This document shows, piece after piece, positions 1-11,171 of a DNA stretch of 64,000 nucleotides. Source of the stretch: a virus (lineage: Duplodnaviria; Caudoviricetes); IMG/VR virus record IMGVR_UViG_3300021400_000252; one strand, given 5' to 3'. The stretch's first letter is position 1; the number at the start of each line of letters is the position of its first letter. The position numbers were made by a program, and so were the translations under genes. The notes beneath the pieces were generated by a model. It saw nothing but the letters and a program-made list of their open reading frames with translations. It was not told where the DNA came from and did not search any database.

Positions 1-1
1 A

Positions 2-1186
2 CATTTTAAGACTTATGCTGAAATGGAAAATGTTGTAAAATCTTGTCTTGGAAATAAATTTAAAATTAAAAGTATTGAAAAGAAAGAAAAGAAAGAAAAC
101 CCAAAACCTCCTTTTGATACTCCATCATTCCAACAAGAAGCATCAAGTAAATTACGTTTAAAAACAAAAGATGCACAAAGTTGTGCTCAACAATTATTCC
201 AAGGTATAGAAGTTAATGGTAGTCATGTTGGTTTAGTTACTTATATACGTACAGACTCAACAGAAATGGCTCCAGAATTCGTTGATGAATTAAAGCCATA
301 TATTGAATCAACTTATGGTAAAAACTCATTTAATAAGCCAAGAACTGGAAAGAAAAATGTAAATGCTCAAGATGGACATGAATGTTTAAGATGTACTGAT
401 CCATCAATGACACCAGAAAAACTTGCAAAATATATTAAAAATGATTTATTATTAAAAGTATATAAATTAATTTGGCAAAGAACAATTGCTTCAGCATTAC
501 CTCCTACAACTATTTCAGAAACAACTTATTTAATTGAAAATAATGGTCAATTATTTACATTAGTTTCTAATGAAATTGTTGATCCAGGTTATAGAGTAGT
601 TTATTCTTATAAAGATGATGATGAAAATGAAGATGATATTTATGTAAAAGAAACTTTTAAAAAAGGTGAAATTCTAGAAAAATGTTCTTTAGATGGTCAA
701 GAAAAATCAACTAAACCAAAACCAAGATATACTGAAGCAACATTTAATAAAGAATTACAAAAAGCTGGTATTGGTCGTCCATCTACTTATGCAACTATTA
801 TTGATACTATCTTATCTGAATCTCGTGGATATTGTAAATTAGAAGGAAAAGAAATGGTATTAACAGATTTAGGTAGATTAACTGCTACAACTTTAACTAG
901 AGCATTTCCTAACTTAATTAGTTTACAATATACTAATGAACTAGAACATGAATTAGATTTAATAGCTGAAGGAAAGTTACAAAAACTAGTAGCTTTAAAT
1001 AATTTTTATAATACATTAACTGAATCTATTGCAAATAATAGTGAAGGAAAAATTAATACAGATGGAGAAAAGATCTGTCCTGAATGTGGTAGTCCTTTAA
1101 AATTAAGACGAAACAGATGGGGTCAATTATTCTACGGTTGTTCTGGATATCCATCTTGCCATTATATATTAAAAGACAAAAAGTAA
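2..1186 (+). CDS. topA: DNA topoisomerase IA, 3' portion (starts before the window)
   Basis: Catalytic TYIRTDS, QDGHE, LYKLIWQR-like, GIGRPSTYA motifs and C-terminal CPECG...GCSGYPSC zinc ribbon; frame is open back to the window edge. Confidence 0.93.
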   Translation, partial: HFKTYAEMENVVKSCLGNKFKIKSIEKKEKKENPKPPFDTPSFQQEASSKLRLKTKDAQSCAQQLFQGIEVNGSHVGLVTYIRTDSTEMAPEFVDELKPYIESTYGKNSFNKPRTGKKNVNAQDGHECLRCTDPSMTPEKLAKYIKNDLLLKVYKLIWQRTIASALPPTTISETTYLIENNGQLFTLVSNEIVDPGYRVVYSYKDDDENEDDIYVKETFKKGEILEKCSLDGQEKSTKPKPRYTEATFNKELQKAGIGRPSTYATIIDTILSESRGYCKLEGKEMVLTDLGRLTATTLTRAFPNLISLQYTNELEHELDLIAEGKLQKLVALNNFYNTLTESIANNSEGKINTDGEKICPECGSPLKLRRNRWGQLFYGCSGYPSCHYILKDKK

Positions 1187-1214
1187 AAACGTGACATTTC
1201 ACGTTTTTTATTTT
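1186..1214 (+). terminator. Intrinsic terminator
   Basis: AAAACGTGA-CATT-TCACGTTTT followed by T-run. Confidence 0.8.
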
Positions 1215-1230
1215 ACTAAAAAATAATAGT

Positions 1231-1241
1231 TTGCTAAATTA
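1231..1241 (+). promoter_or_regulatory. Putative late promoter TTGCTAAATTA
   Basis: One of about 15 intergenic GCTAAATTA-type motifs. Confidence 0.7.
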
Positions 1242-1292
1242 ATTGATATTTTGAAAATTAAAATTTCAATTAATATAACATAGGAGTAGAAC

Positions 1293-2627
1293 ATGGAAAT
1301 TAATACAAAAGTATTGAATAAGTGGTTACAAATTGTTATTAGAGCAGCTAAGAATACAGATGTTTCTGATCATGTAACTAATGTTAATGAAAGATTCTAT
1401 AAACTATCTAAATTTGTTATTTCTCTTTTAATGAAAAAGAGCTATAGAGTTTCAGAAATAGATGAATATTTTAGAGCTTTCGCTAATAACTATACTTATA
1501 AATTAGGTGGTGAAGAATTTAATTTAAGTGTAAAACAAGTATTTGTTGCATTTGCAATGTTCTGTAAACTTAAAGGTTTAGTATGGGATCAATCTAGTGC
1601 TCCTTCTGTTTATGAAGTTGATGCATTTAAAGACTCAAACTTTGGTAAATTATTAATTAAACATGGTTTATTTGCTGGAGCTGATTCTAATACACAATCT
1701 GAAGAACCAACACAAGAACCAGAACAAACTACTGAGCCAACAAATGTAACTCAAGAACCTACAGCTGATACAGCTGAAGCTGAACCTACACAAGAACCAG
1801 CTGCAGAACCAGAACAAACTCAAGCTAGTGAAGTTCAACCTGAAGCACAACCTACAGAAGCTCAACCTGCTGAAGGTGAAGCTAAGCCAAAGAGAAAGAG
1901 AAGAAAAAGAGTAAAAGATGGAGATCATTACTATGGAAATCAAAGTGATGTTGTAAAACGTTCTAGAAATAAAGATGTAGATAGAAAGAAACCAGACCGT
2001 TCATTCTATCCTCATATGTCTCCATATGTAATCGATTTAATTGGTACACCAGGTAGTCCAATTGAAATGACTGGTTCAGGTGGATATATTTATATTATAG
2101 CTGGTAGTGCTAATAAGACTAGTAATAAAACTCCAAAAGCATATGTTATGCCTCTAAAGAAACAATTATTAAATACTAGAACTGGTGAAATTGGTGATAT
2201 TAATCCTAAGAAATTACAACCAAACACTGATAGATTAAATGATAAAGGTGAATTAAAAGTTCATATTGCAGGTTCATCTACACTACAAAATCAAATGTTA
2301 TTCTTCAATACTCCTCAAGAAGCTCAACATGTATTAGATCAAGTTTTAGCTAATCCAGAAGGAAGAATTGATACAAATAATATTGTAGTAAGTGACTTAA
2401 AGATTAAAGCTATTAAATTATTCGAAGTCGATCCTAACTGGAGACGAAACTTAGAAGTATTTACTCGTAAGTTCTATAAAATTAAAACTGAATTTGGTGA
2501 AGCATATATTGCAGCCAAAGATTTATTTGAATCAGTTCAAGAATCTATAACTAATGATGACGGTGTTGAAACTTGGTCAGATGAATATGGAAAAGCATAT
2601 GATGAAGCTTTTAGAAGATATTACTAG
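1293..2627 (+). CDS. Hypothetical protein with Q/E/P/T/A low-complexity linker
   Basis: 444-aa ORF, AGGAG RBS, TQEP/QPTE repeats. Confidence 0.75.
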   Translation: MEINTKVLNKWLQIVIRAAKNTDVSDHVTNVNERFYKLSKFVISLLMKKSYRVSEIDEYFRAFANNYTYKLGGEEFNLSVKQVFVAFAMFCKLKGLVWDQSSAPSVYEVDAFKDSNFGKLLIKHGLFAGADSNTQSEEPTQEPEQTTEPTNVTQEPTADTAEAEPTQEPAAEPEQTQASEVQPEAQPTEAQPAEGEAKPKRKRRKRVKDGDHYYGNQSDVVKRSRNKDVDRKKPDRSFYPHMSPYVIDLIGTPGSPIEMTGSGGYIYIIAGSANKTSNKTPKAYVMPLKKQLLNTRTGEIGDINPKKLQPNTDRLNDKGELKVHIAGSSTLQNQMLFFNTPQEAQHVLDQVLANPEGRIDTNNIVVSDLKIKAIKLFEVDPNWRRNLEVFTRKFYKIKTEFGEAYIAAKDLFESVQESITNDDGVETWSDEYGKAYDEAFRRYY

Positions 2628-2636
2628 GAGTTAGAA

Positions 2637-4361
2637 ATGAAAATTAAGAAAACAAAAATTATTGAAAATTTAAAACCATTAAGAGAAGCAGATGGTGATG
2701 ATGACGATCTAGATTTAGATAACCTAGATTTAGATGATATCGATTTCGATGATGCTGATTTAGATGGATTAGATGATTTAGATGGTGATGAAGAAAAAAT
2801 TCAAAAGGTTGCTCCAAAAGAACAACAAGCGCCTCAACCTCAATCTAAACCACAACCACAACCTAAATCAGAGCCAGCTCCTCAACCTAAACAAGAACAA
2901 CCAAAGCCAGCTGAAGCTCATGTTGATAATGCAAAAACATTACCTTCAGGTGATGTTGTAGGTACAACTAAAAAACCTTCAAAACCATCAAAGGTAAGAC
3001 AAGTTATTGATCTTCAAAACTTATTAGATCTTAAAGGTGGAAATTTACCTAAGAATGCTGTTTATTCTGTTTTAAATCGTTCATTAAGAGATTCAAAAAT
3101 TGCAGCAATTAAACAAAGAGTTAAGAAACAACCAGACGCAAACTTTGCACGTGATTTCAATATATTAGTTGAAGGTCTTCCTGGTGGTGGTAAAACTGCT
3201 ACTATTAAAGCTTGGGCTGAGGCTAATGGTGTTAACCTAGTTGCAGTAAATGCAAAGGACCCAGATCTAGAATTAGCAATTAATGGTGCTGTAATGAGAG
3301 ATTTAAGTAATGATAGTGATAAGAACTCAATTGTTATGGCTTATTCTAAATTATTAGCTCCACTTGAAGAACCAAATTCAATCTTATTCTTAGATGAATA
3401 TAATAGACAAACTGATGACCAAATCAGAGCTTCACTTTTAACATTAATTGGTGAGCACTGTATTTATGGTCAAGTTGGTGGACAAGTTGATACTGAAAAG
3501 AAACAAGGATACCATTTCTTTAAAAATATGTTATTTACAGTAGCAGCTATCAACCCAGCTGTACCTCAAGATAAAGGTGCTGCTAAGTTAAATGATGCTG
3601 AAATGAGTAGATTCTTACGTAGAGTAGTATTTGACTCATCTCCAAAAGCTGCAGCATCATATTTTAAATGGTATTTTGATAAAGAGTTAAAAGCAATTAC
3701 TGATGCAAATCAAGATACTTCTGAAGCAGATCCAGCTTATGCTTGGGTATATGCTACAACATTCTTACAAAAACATATAGCAATTTATTTAACTACTTCT
3801 CCAGATTTTAGATTTGATACTAAAGATGATTTACAAGACTTATATAATGGTGACAAAACAATGTTTAACCAAAGATTATTAACTCAATTAATTGCATCAT
3901 TAGTATATCATCCAGAAGCAACAATGGCACAACAAATCTTAGATTATATTGGTAAGATTGCTCCATTAAATCTTGTAGATTTACCTGACCAAGCCGAAGA
4001 TGATTTAAGAGACTGGTCAAATATCTTAGATAAAGATAAAGATATGCTTGAAAAACTTTTAAAAGATTATAAACAACCTCCAGTAAATATTCCTGGTTAT
4101 GGTGATATTTCTCAATTAGATCAAGCTATTGATGACGATGACGTTAATCCAGACGAAGTTGAAGATGAATTCAATGATGATAATGTTGCTACTGAATTTG
4201 ATGATTTAGTAAAACAAGCAGAAAATGGTGAAGAAATAGATAATGATTTATTCGCTAATGACAGTAGTACAGATTCAGCAACTGGTAATGCAGTTAATAC
4301 ACAAGAATTAGATGCAATTACAAATGCAATTAACAATAGTATAGATAATATTAAAATGTAA
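2637..4361 (+). CDS. MoxR-like AAA+ ATPase with acidic termini
   Basis: Walker A GLPGGGKT, Walker B ILFLDEYNR, sensor AAINP, SRF. Confidence 0.85.
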   Translation: MKIKKTKIIENLKPLREADGDDDDLDLDNLDLDDIDFDDADLDGLDDLDGDEEKIQKVAPKEQQAPQPQSKPQPQPKSEPAPQPKQEQPKPAEAHVDNAKTLPSGDVVGTTKKPSKPSKVRQVIDLQNLLDLKGGNLPKNAVYSVLNRSLRDSKIAAIKQRVKKQPDANFARDFNILVEGLPGGGKTATIKAWAEANGVNLVAVNAKDPDLELAINGAVMRDLSNDSDKNSIVMAYSKLLAPLEEPNSILFLDEYNRQTDDQIRASLLTLIGEHCIYGQVGGQVDTEKKQGYHFFKNMLFTVAAINPAVPQDKGAAKLNDAEMSRFLRRVVFDSSPKAAASYFKWYFDKELKAITDANQDTSEADPAYAWVYATTFLQKHIAIYLTTSPDFRFDTKDDLQDLYNGDKTMFNQRLLTQLIASLVYHPEATMAQQILDYIGKIAPLNLVDLPDQAEDDLRDWSNILDKDKDMLEKLLKDYKQPPVNIPGYGDISQLDQAIDDDDVNPDEVEDEFNDDNVATEFDDLVKQAENGEEIDNDLFANDSSTDSATGNAVNTQELDAITNAINNSIDNIKM

Positions 4362-4391
4362 TTAAATTTAATTGCAATATAAGGAGATTAT

Positions 4392-5624
4392 ATGCATAAA
4401 CTTAATAATCTACGTGAATCTGCAACTGATTATATGACTCAAGAAGAAAAAACTTGGAAAAATCAGATAATTAAATTATTAATTAATAAAAAACATAGTA
4501 AGTTTGCTAAACGTTTACTTTATTATGATTTAAATATCGTTGAAATTCAAGATGATCCAGATTTTACTGCTGCAATTTCAACAGATGTAACAAAACCAGT
4601 CATTTACATAAGTAGAGGATTCTTAACGAATCCTCAAACTTTTGACCAATTAGATGTACTTCTTAGACATGAATTATCTCATAATCTAATGATGCATCAA
4701 TTAAGAATGATTAATAAACTTAATGCAAGTGCAAAAAAAGTTAAAGGTACTAATTCTTGGAAAGACTTAGCAAATAGTAATTCGTTTCAAGATTTTTTAA
4801 ATATAATTATGGATGATGAAATTTCTAATTTTAGATATTCACAGATCGATAAAAATACTGTTCGTTATATGGTTTTAAATGGTAAAACTATTAGCGGATT
4901 AGTTACAGAAGACCATAGAGAATCTTGGATGAAATTAACTCTTGAAGAAATGTATGAAAAAAGTTTACAAGAGTTAGAACAAGTTAGACAAAACGTACTT
5001 AATAATATTAAAAATGCAGCTCCAAAAAACATGATAGATAGATCTTATTTTAAAAATTCATCTTATGCTAGAATTGATGCTCCAACATCAACATTTGGTA
5101 CAAAAGATAAATCTGGAGCTCATGGTATTGAACAAATAAAGAAATCAAAATACTATCGTTCATTAGGTGTAAAATATAGAAGAACACAAATTATTATAAA
5201 TAGAATTCTTGAGGTATTAAAGGATAAGTCAGATGACCAATTAAAAAGTGCTTTAAGAAAAATTGGTGAGTCTAAATTAACAGATAAATTATATTTTGGA
5301 GAGATTTTAGTCGATGGCAAACCAGAAAAGATTTATATCACTTCTCCAGAACAAAAGTCTATTACTGCATCTATTATTAAATATTTATTAGGAAATATCG
5401 CCGAAAAACCTGTTGTAGACGTTCAAAGAAAATTCCACACTCAAGAATATAAGAATGCTTATAATGAAATTATGAATAACGTTAAAGATATTTATAAGAA
5501 TCTTTCTTCAAAAGATTTAGAAGAGATTTTAAATCGAATTGCTGCATCAAATGTTATTGCAAATAAAACTTCTTATGGAACTCTTTCTAAAGAAGACTAT
5601 GAGATGAGATATGGAGCTATTTAA
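4392..5624 (+). CDS. HExxH metallopeptidase-like protein (DUF2201 N-terminal-like)
   Basis: LLRHELSH motif, downstream NIIMDDEIS; lies between AAA+ and VWA genes. Confidence 0.7.
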   Translation: MHKLNNLRESATDYMTQEEKTWKNQIIKLLINKKHSKFAKRLLYYDLNIVEIQDDPDFTAAISTDVTKPVIYISRGFLTNPQTFDQLDVLLRHELSHNLMMHQLRMINKLNASAKKVKGTNSWKDLANSNSFQDFLNIIMDDEISNFRYSQIDKNTVRYMVLNGKTISGLVTEDHRESWMKLTLEEMYEKSLQELEQVRQNVLNNIKNAAPKNMIDRSYFKNSSYARIDAPTSTFGTKDKSGAHGIEQIKKSKYYRSLGVKYRRTQIIINRILEVLKDKSDDQLKSALRKIGESKLTDKLYFGEILVDGKPEKIYITSPEQKSITASIIKYLLGNIAEKPVVDVQRKFHTQEYKNAYNEIMNNVKDIYKNLSSKDLEEILNRIAASNVIANKTSYGTLSKEDYEMRYGAI

Positions 5625-7738
5625 TGAAAAAAGATGATTTATTAAAGAAAGTAGATAATGAAGCAACAGTCGGAACTTTTGATGCATTACAAGGATATGC
5701 AGATGCATTAGTTCAAATATTACAAAAAAAGCAACCTAAACCTGAAGGTCCACAAGGTGGTGGAGGTGGAATGCCTCCAATGCCAGATGACCTACCACCA
5801 ATGGAGATAGATCCAGACTTACCAGTATTAAGTCCAGATAATCAAAGTGGAGCTGGAATGTCGATGGATTTTGATGATCCAGAAGACTTAATGAAAAAAC
5901 AAAAACAAATCGACCTTGGTGATACTCCATCTAAAGAAGAAAATGATGATGACGACGATGATGACAGCAATAATGGTGGAAATAGTGGTAGCAGTCAATC
6001 AAAGAATAAAAAGAATAAAAAAGATGATCAATCAGATGAAAATAATGGCGGATCAGATGATGGTGGTGACTTTGAAGATGAAGATGATTTAGATAATCTT
6101 GACAATTCAAATAATAGAAAGCCTCCAAAGAATAGAAACGGAAACGATCTAGACGATTTAGACGATCTAGATGACTTTGATGATTCAGATTTAGATAACC
6201 TAGATGACTCAGATTTAGACGATTTAGAGGACCAAGATAATAATTCTAATGGTAAAGGTAAAAATCAAAATAAGGACGATTTGGATGATTTAGACGACCT
6301 AGATAATACTGACATTGATGATTTGGATTTAGATGATTTAGGTGATGAAGATAATGATAATGAATTTGGTGGATTAGATGATGGTGAAGATTCTGAAGAT
6401 AATTCAGATGATAACCAAAATCAAAAAGGAAAGAATGGTGATTCTAAAGACTCAGATGATTCAGAAAATCAAAGTGGAGATTCTTCTTCAAGTAGTCAAA
6501 GTAGTTCAGATAGTAGTTCAGACTCTGATCAAGATTCTAAAGAACATCAGGCAGGATCTGATAGTGACGAAAATAATTTTGAAGTAGGTAACGACAGCGA
6601 TAATAAGTCTAGTCAAACAAAATCAGATAAAAATAAATCAGATAAAGATAATAAATCTTCAGATTCAAAAGCTAATAAAGATCCACAAGATCAAAATGGT
6701 GAAAAGTCAAACGATAAAGAAAAAGAAAATACACCAAAAGACAATTCAGCAGATGATGATACTCTAGAATTACCTAGTGAAAAAAATGAAGCTAAAGCTA
6801 AAGATAGATTGAGAAGAATAAACAGACTTCAAAAGCATATTTCAAAAGTTTTAGAAAATAATAAATTTGATAAGAAACTAGATAAATCAACTAAAGATAG
6901 ATTAAAGAAAGATTTAGAAGATTTAAAAGATGCTGAAAATCATGTATATGAGGATTCAGATAAAGTTGAAGATATTCTTCTTCAAGGAATTAATGATCTA
7001 AGTCAAATATTACAAATCTCTATAAGTAAAGATTTAGAGAAGAGAGGTTCTGTAGTAACAGCTTTAAATAATGATCCATTTGCTAATATGGAAATCGATC
7101 AAGAAGAAAAAGAAATTATTAAGAACTCTGGTGCTCAAAAGAAGTCTAATTCAGCTGATGCATATCAAGCAGTTTATACTGCAGCTGAATTAAAACGTGA
7201 TATCGAAAAACTTATCGGAATGCAAGTAGAAAAGTATAAGCTTTCTATAAAATCATATAGAATTATGAATAGACATGCTGAAGATAATAATATGATTAGA
7301 AAAGGTCACCAAGATAAACGTAGACTTGATGATAAGAAACCATATATGAGAGTTTATATTGACCAATCTGGTTCTTGGCATAAAGAAGACTTTGATAAAG
7401 CACGAGCTTTATGTTCTGGATTAAAAGCTTATCAAGATGATGGACTTCTAGATTTAGAGTATAAATATTTCGATAGTTCAGTTTACGATACTCCAAAAAA
7501 TGAAGGTAGTGGTGGAACTAGCGCTTGGCCAGAAATATACACACAAATTAGAAATAGTACATTTACTAATGTTATGATTGTAACAGATAGTGATTTACAA
7601 GATTATGAAAAAACAAGTTATCCAACTCTTGAACTAGAAGGTGCTGTCTTCTGGGTATGGAAAGGTGGAGACAGTTCAGACAAGTTATGTAAGTACTTAC
7701 ATGGTGCACTTTGGAATAAACAATATTCATTAGATTAA
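5624..7738 (+). CDS. VWA-domain protein with long D/N/S-rich linker
   Basis: MIDAS YIDQSGS, GGT, IVTDSD; overlapping TAATG start. Confidence 0.8.
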   Translation: MKKDDLLKKVDNEATVGTFDALQGYADALVQILQKKQPKPEGPQGGGGGMPPMPDDLPPMEIDPDLPVLSPDNQSGAGMSMDFDDPEDLMKKQKQIDLGDTPSKEENDDDDDDDSNNGGNSGSSQSKNKKNKKDDQSDENNGGSDDGGDFEDEDDLDNLDNSNNRKPPKNRNGNDLDDLDDLDDFDDSDLDNLDDSDLDDLEDQDNNSNGKGKNQNKDDLDDLDDLDNTDIDDLDLDDLGDEDNDNEFGGLDDGEDSEDNSDDNQNQKGKNGDSKDSDDSENQSGDSSSSSQSSSDSSSDSDQDSKEHQAGSDSDENNFEVGNDSDNKSSQTKSDKNKSDKDNKSSDSKANKDPQDQNGEKSNDKEKENTPKDNSADDDTLELPSEKNEAKAKDRLRRINRLQKHISKVLENNKFDKKLDKSTKDRLKKDLEDLKDAENHVYEDSDKVEDILLQGINDLSQILQISISKDLEKRGSVVTALNNDPFANMEIDQEEKEIIKNSGAQKKSNSADAYQAVYTAAELKRDIEKLIGMQVEKYKLSIKSYRIMNRHAEDNNMIRKGHQDKRRLDDKKPYMRVYIDQSGSWHKEDFDKARALCSGLKAYQDDGLLDLEYKYFDSSVYDTPKNEGSGGTSAWPEIYTQIRNSTFTNVMIVTDSDLQDYEKTSYPTLELEGAVFWVWKGGDSSDKLCKYLHGALWNKQYSLD

Positions 7739-7757
7739 TAAAAAAATTAAATAATTA

Positions 7758-7768
7758 TTGCTAAATTA
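7758..7768 (+). promoter_or_regulatory. Putative late promoter TTGCTAAATTA
   Basis: Repeated intergenic motif. Confidence 0.7.
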
Positions 7769-7852
7769 TCTGTATAAGCGTATTAACTTATTCCTTTCAT
7801 AAATACGCTTATACAGATTTTTTAATCTTAAAAATTGATTAGGAGAATTATA

Positions 7853-9739
7853 ATGGCAGAACGTAAAAAGAAAAAATATTCTAATTGTACATATACTACT
7901 GGAAATTTATCTTTAAATATGAACCAATTTAATAAAGATGCTGTACTTCCAGATGATGATTCAAATAAAGAAGTAAATGTAGATACAACAACACCTACAA
8001 CTACTAGTGAAACAACTACTACTCCATCAACTGGTGATGGTGGAAACGGTGGAATGGCTGAAGGATTAAATGAAGCAACTGCATATAGTAATGCAGTACA
8101 TGTTCAAGGTGACTTTGAAATTCCAGATGAAGTAAAGATTCTTGATCAGAAGCAAATTGAAGATGCTTTAATTGGATTGGAAATCGAAGAAGAATTTAAA
8201 GTTGGTTATGTTAGACCATTATATTTATATAAAGAATTAGTTGATTTATTTAAAATTGTAAAAACAACAGAATTAGTTGGATATACTGGAATAGATTATA
8301 TTGAAGCAAGAGCTGACTTAGATAATAATAGAGATGCTAGATTAGCGGTAGCTAAAAAAGTTGCTCAATTAGATAATGACAAAGGTACACATCTAGATTA
8401 TCAACCAGGTGCTAATAGAGAAGGTGACTTCTCAGCTGATTATTATTCAGTTGGTAAATTAGTTCAAAGAGATGATAAAGTTAATAAAACTACTGATTTT
8501 AGAACAATTTTATTCTATCCAACAATTGGAAGTAAACCAAGAGTTTGTTATTGGTTTAAATTAACTATTAAAGGACAAGAATGGCCAAACTTTAAACAAA
8601 TTGGTAGAGATCAATTAGTTCAATTAGTTCTTTCTACTGCTGAAAAACTAGATAAAAAATCTAATCGTTGGAATATGGAAAAATTAAAACGTAAAGTTTT
8701 AGATGAAATTGCTAAAGACGAACAAACTATTTCTGCTGTTGAGTTTGATCAAGAAGATAATTTAGAAACTCGTTCTAAATTAGATAAAGGTGGAGTTATT
8801 GCTAAACCTAGAGTAAGAGCGTTATATTCAAATCAAATTTATTATTTATCAACTAAGAATGTTACATATGGTGCTCCTGTTGTTAAGTATATTAAAGAAG
8901 ATCTAGATCAAGATTTAGAAGAAAAACGTGAAACTAAGAGATATTATATTAGACCTCAAAATATTTTCTGTGCAAATAAAAAAGACGTATTAAAAGCTTT
9001 AATAGATGTAGCTGATGCTGGTGAGAACTGTACTGTGTATACTTTAAAGAACTTAGATGACCATGATGATGTACAAAAATTAAGTAATGATGATATTATT
9101 TATACGTACGATGAGCATGCACTAAGAGATAAAAATGGTGTATTAGTAATGGATTATGACTTATTCATTAAACATGAAGAAGAACGTCCTAAATTAGGAA
9201 AATCACCAGATCAAATTACAAAGTCAGAATTCGATCAAAATTATGACGATAGAATGACTCAAAACACATTCGTTGAATCAAAGGAAGATAATATGGAAGA
9301 TTTAGTTGGAAAGAAAGTTACAATAATTTCAATTGATCCAAACGATCCAGCTGCAGATGATTATGCTGGTAAAGAAGGAACTATTACTGAAGTAGGTAAA
9401 GATCCTTGGGGCGATATTTATTATCGTGGAACATGGGGTGGCATTGCTCTATATCCAAATATAGATAAGTTAAAGATTACAGAAGGATTTGAAGTAAAAT
9501 ATGAAGATCCATTTAATTTATCTTTTGATACTTATGAAGGTGATCGTAAATTATTTGAAGATGCAAATGAAGAACAAATCTGTTGTATTTGTGGTGAACC
9601 ATATAAAGGTTATGGAAACAATGCAGAACCATATAAACATGGATATTGCTGTGATGAATGTAATTTAAAATTTGTTATTCCAGCAAGAATGCAAGGATTA
9701 AATAGTTATTACGATAAAAAAGATGAAGATGAAGAATAA
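7853..9739 (+). CDS. Hypothetical multidomain protein with C-terminal Cys-rich zinc finger
   Basis: AGGAG RBS favours ATG 7853; CCICGE...GYCCDECN. Confidence 0.75.
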   Translation: MAERKKKKYSNCTYTTGNLSLNMNQFNKDAVLPDDDSNKEVNVDTTTPTTTSETTTTPSTGDGGNGGMAEGLNEATAYSNAVHVQGDFEIPDEVKILDQKQIEDALIGLEIEEEFKVGYVRPLYLYKELVDLFKIVKTTELVGYTGIDYIEARADLDNNRDARLAVAKKVAQLDNDKGTHLDYQPGANREGDFSADYYSVGKLVQRDDKVNKTTDFRTILFYPTIGSKPRVCYWFKLTIKGQEWPNFKQIGRDQLVQLVLSTAEKLDKKSNRWNMEKLKRKVLDEIAKDEQTISAVEFDQEDNLETRSKLDKGGVIAKPRVRALYSNQIYYLSTKNVTYGAPVVKYIKEDLDQDLEEKRETKRYYIRPQNIFCANKKDVLKALIDVADAGENCTVYTLKNLDDHDDVQKLSNDDIIYTYDEHALRDKNGVLVMDYDLFIKHEEERPKLGKSPDQITKSEFDQNYDDRMTQNTFVESKEDNMEDLVGKKVTIISIDPNDPAADDYAGKEGTITEVGKDPWGDIYYRGTWGGIALYPNIDKLKITEGFEVKYEDPFNLSFDTYEGDRKLFEDANEEQICCICGEPYKGYGNNAEPYKHGYCCDECNLKFVIPARMQGLNSYYDKKDEDEE

Positions 9740-9763
9740 TTAACAAATATTTAGGAGTGCATT

Positions 9764-11122
9764 ATGGATATTTTCAGAAATTTATTTGAAGAGCTCGCTC
9801 CAGAAGATAATATCGAGAAAATTAAAAAAGAAATATTAAAATTAAAAACTCCAACTGCAGAAAAAACTTCTAACTATGTTTTATATGATGAAGATTCTAT
9901 TAAATATTATAAAGAAAAAGGTGAGCCAGGAACTGTAGACCACGAAACTGAGCGCTATGTATTTAGACTTGGTGGTGGTTTAAATGGCTGTGGTACTTGG
10001 TCTAATTATTTTAAAGATTTAAGTGTAATATTTAAAGAATTAGAAGAAAATACTGGTTGAGCTCCAGTTGCTACTGATTTTTCTTTAGATACTATTGATG
10101 ATGTATTTGATGTTGAAATAACATTATTTAATCCAAAAGACCATGATGAATTAAATGATAAATTAAATGAAGATTTAATTTTTATTGACAAAAATAATGC
10201 TAAATCAAAATTATATGGATTAAGAAAACAAATTGAAACTACTCAAAATGATAGTGTAAAAGAATCATTATTAAATTTATTTAATCTATATCTATATCAA
10301 ATTAAATCTTTAATGTTTGATTATAAAGTAGATTTTAGTGAAGATGAATGGCAAGAAAATCGTAAATTCATGATGGATAACATGGATAACTTAGAAGGTA
10401 AATCTGATCAATTAGAAGAAGATATTGAAAAACATGAAGAGTTAAATCCAAAATTATTTAATGAAGATGAAAAATTAAAAGATGAAGTTTTAGATAAAAT
10501 TAATTTAATTGTTGAATATTTTTTATCTGATCTAGAAGAAGATGGAATTAAAATCGATGTTGAAGATATTATCTTAGTTGGTTCTAACGTAAGTTATAAT
10601 TATACTAAAGACTCAGATTTAGATATTCATATTATTGCTAATACAGATGATTTAGATTGTCCAGACAATTTATATCCATTATTATATGGTGCTTATAAAT
10701 CTTTATTTAATAGAAAGATGGATATTAGTTTCTATGGAATTCCAGTTGAAGTTTATGTTGAAACAGATGATACTCCATTAAGAAGTAACGGTATTTATTC
10801 TGTAAAAGATAATGATTGGATTGTTCACCCGGTTCAAGCTAATATTCCTGATATAGATTTTGATCAAGTTGAAGAATTAGTTAAACCTTATGAAGACAGA
10901 TATAAAGAAATTCTTGAAAATCCATCTGTTGAAGAAATTGAACAACTAATTACTGATATCTATGAAGAACGTAAAAAAGGTATGAGTGATGAAAATGGTG
11001 AATATTCTTTAGAAAATTTATGTTTTAAAGAATTTAGAAACAGAGGTTATTTAGATAAATTAAAAGATTTAAAAAATGAAGTATTATCTAAAGAACTATC
11101 ATTAGAAAATTTAGAAAACTAA
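9764..11122 (+). CDS. Pol-beta-fold nucleotidyltransferase domain protein (452 aa; TGA=Trp at 10058)
   Basis: Track ORFs 9764 and 10313 are in frame across one TGA; ILVGSN...DSDLDIH and VEVYVE motifs. Confidence 0.8.
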
Positions 11123-11171
11123 TTAAAAAGTTGTATTATATTATATATTGATATAATTAGGAGAAATTTAA

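Noticed and set aside
5940-6660. GATTTAGAT-type and other short DNA repeats (also TDETP repeats in sheath near 31290)
   Set aside because: Simply encode low-complexity D/L/S peptides within ORFs
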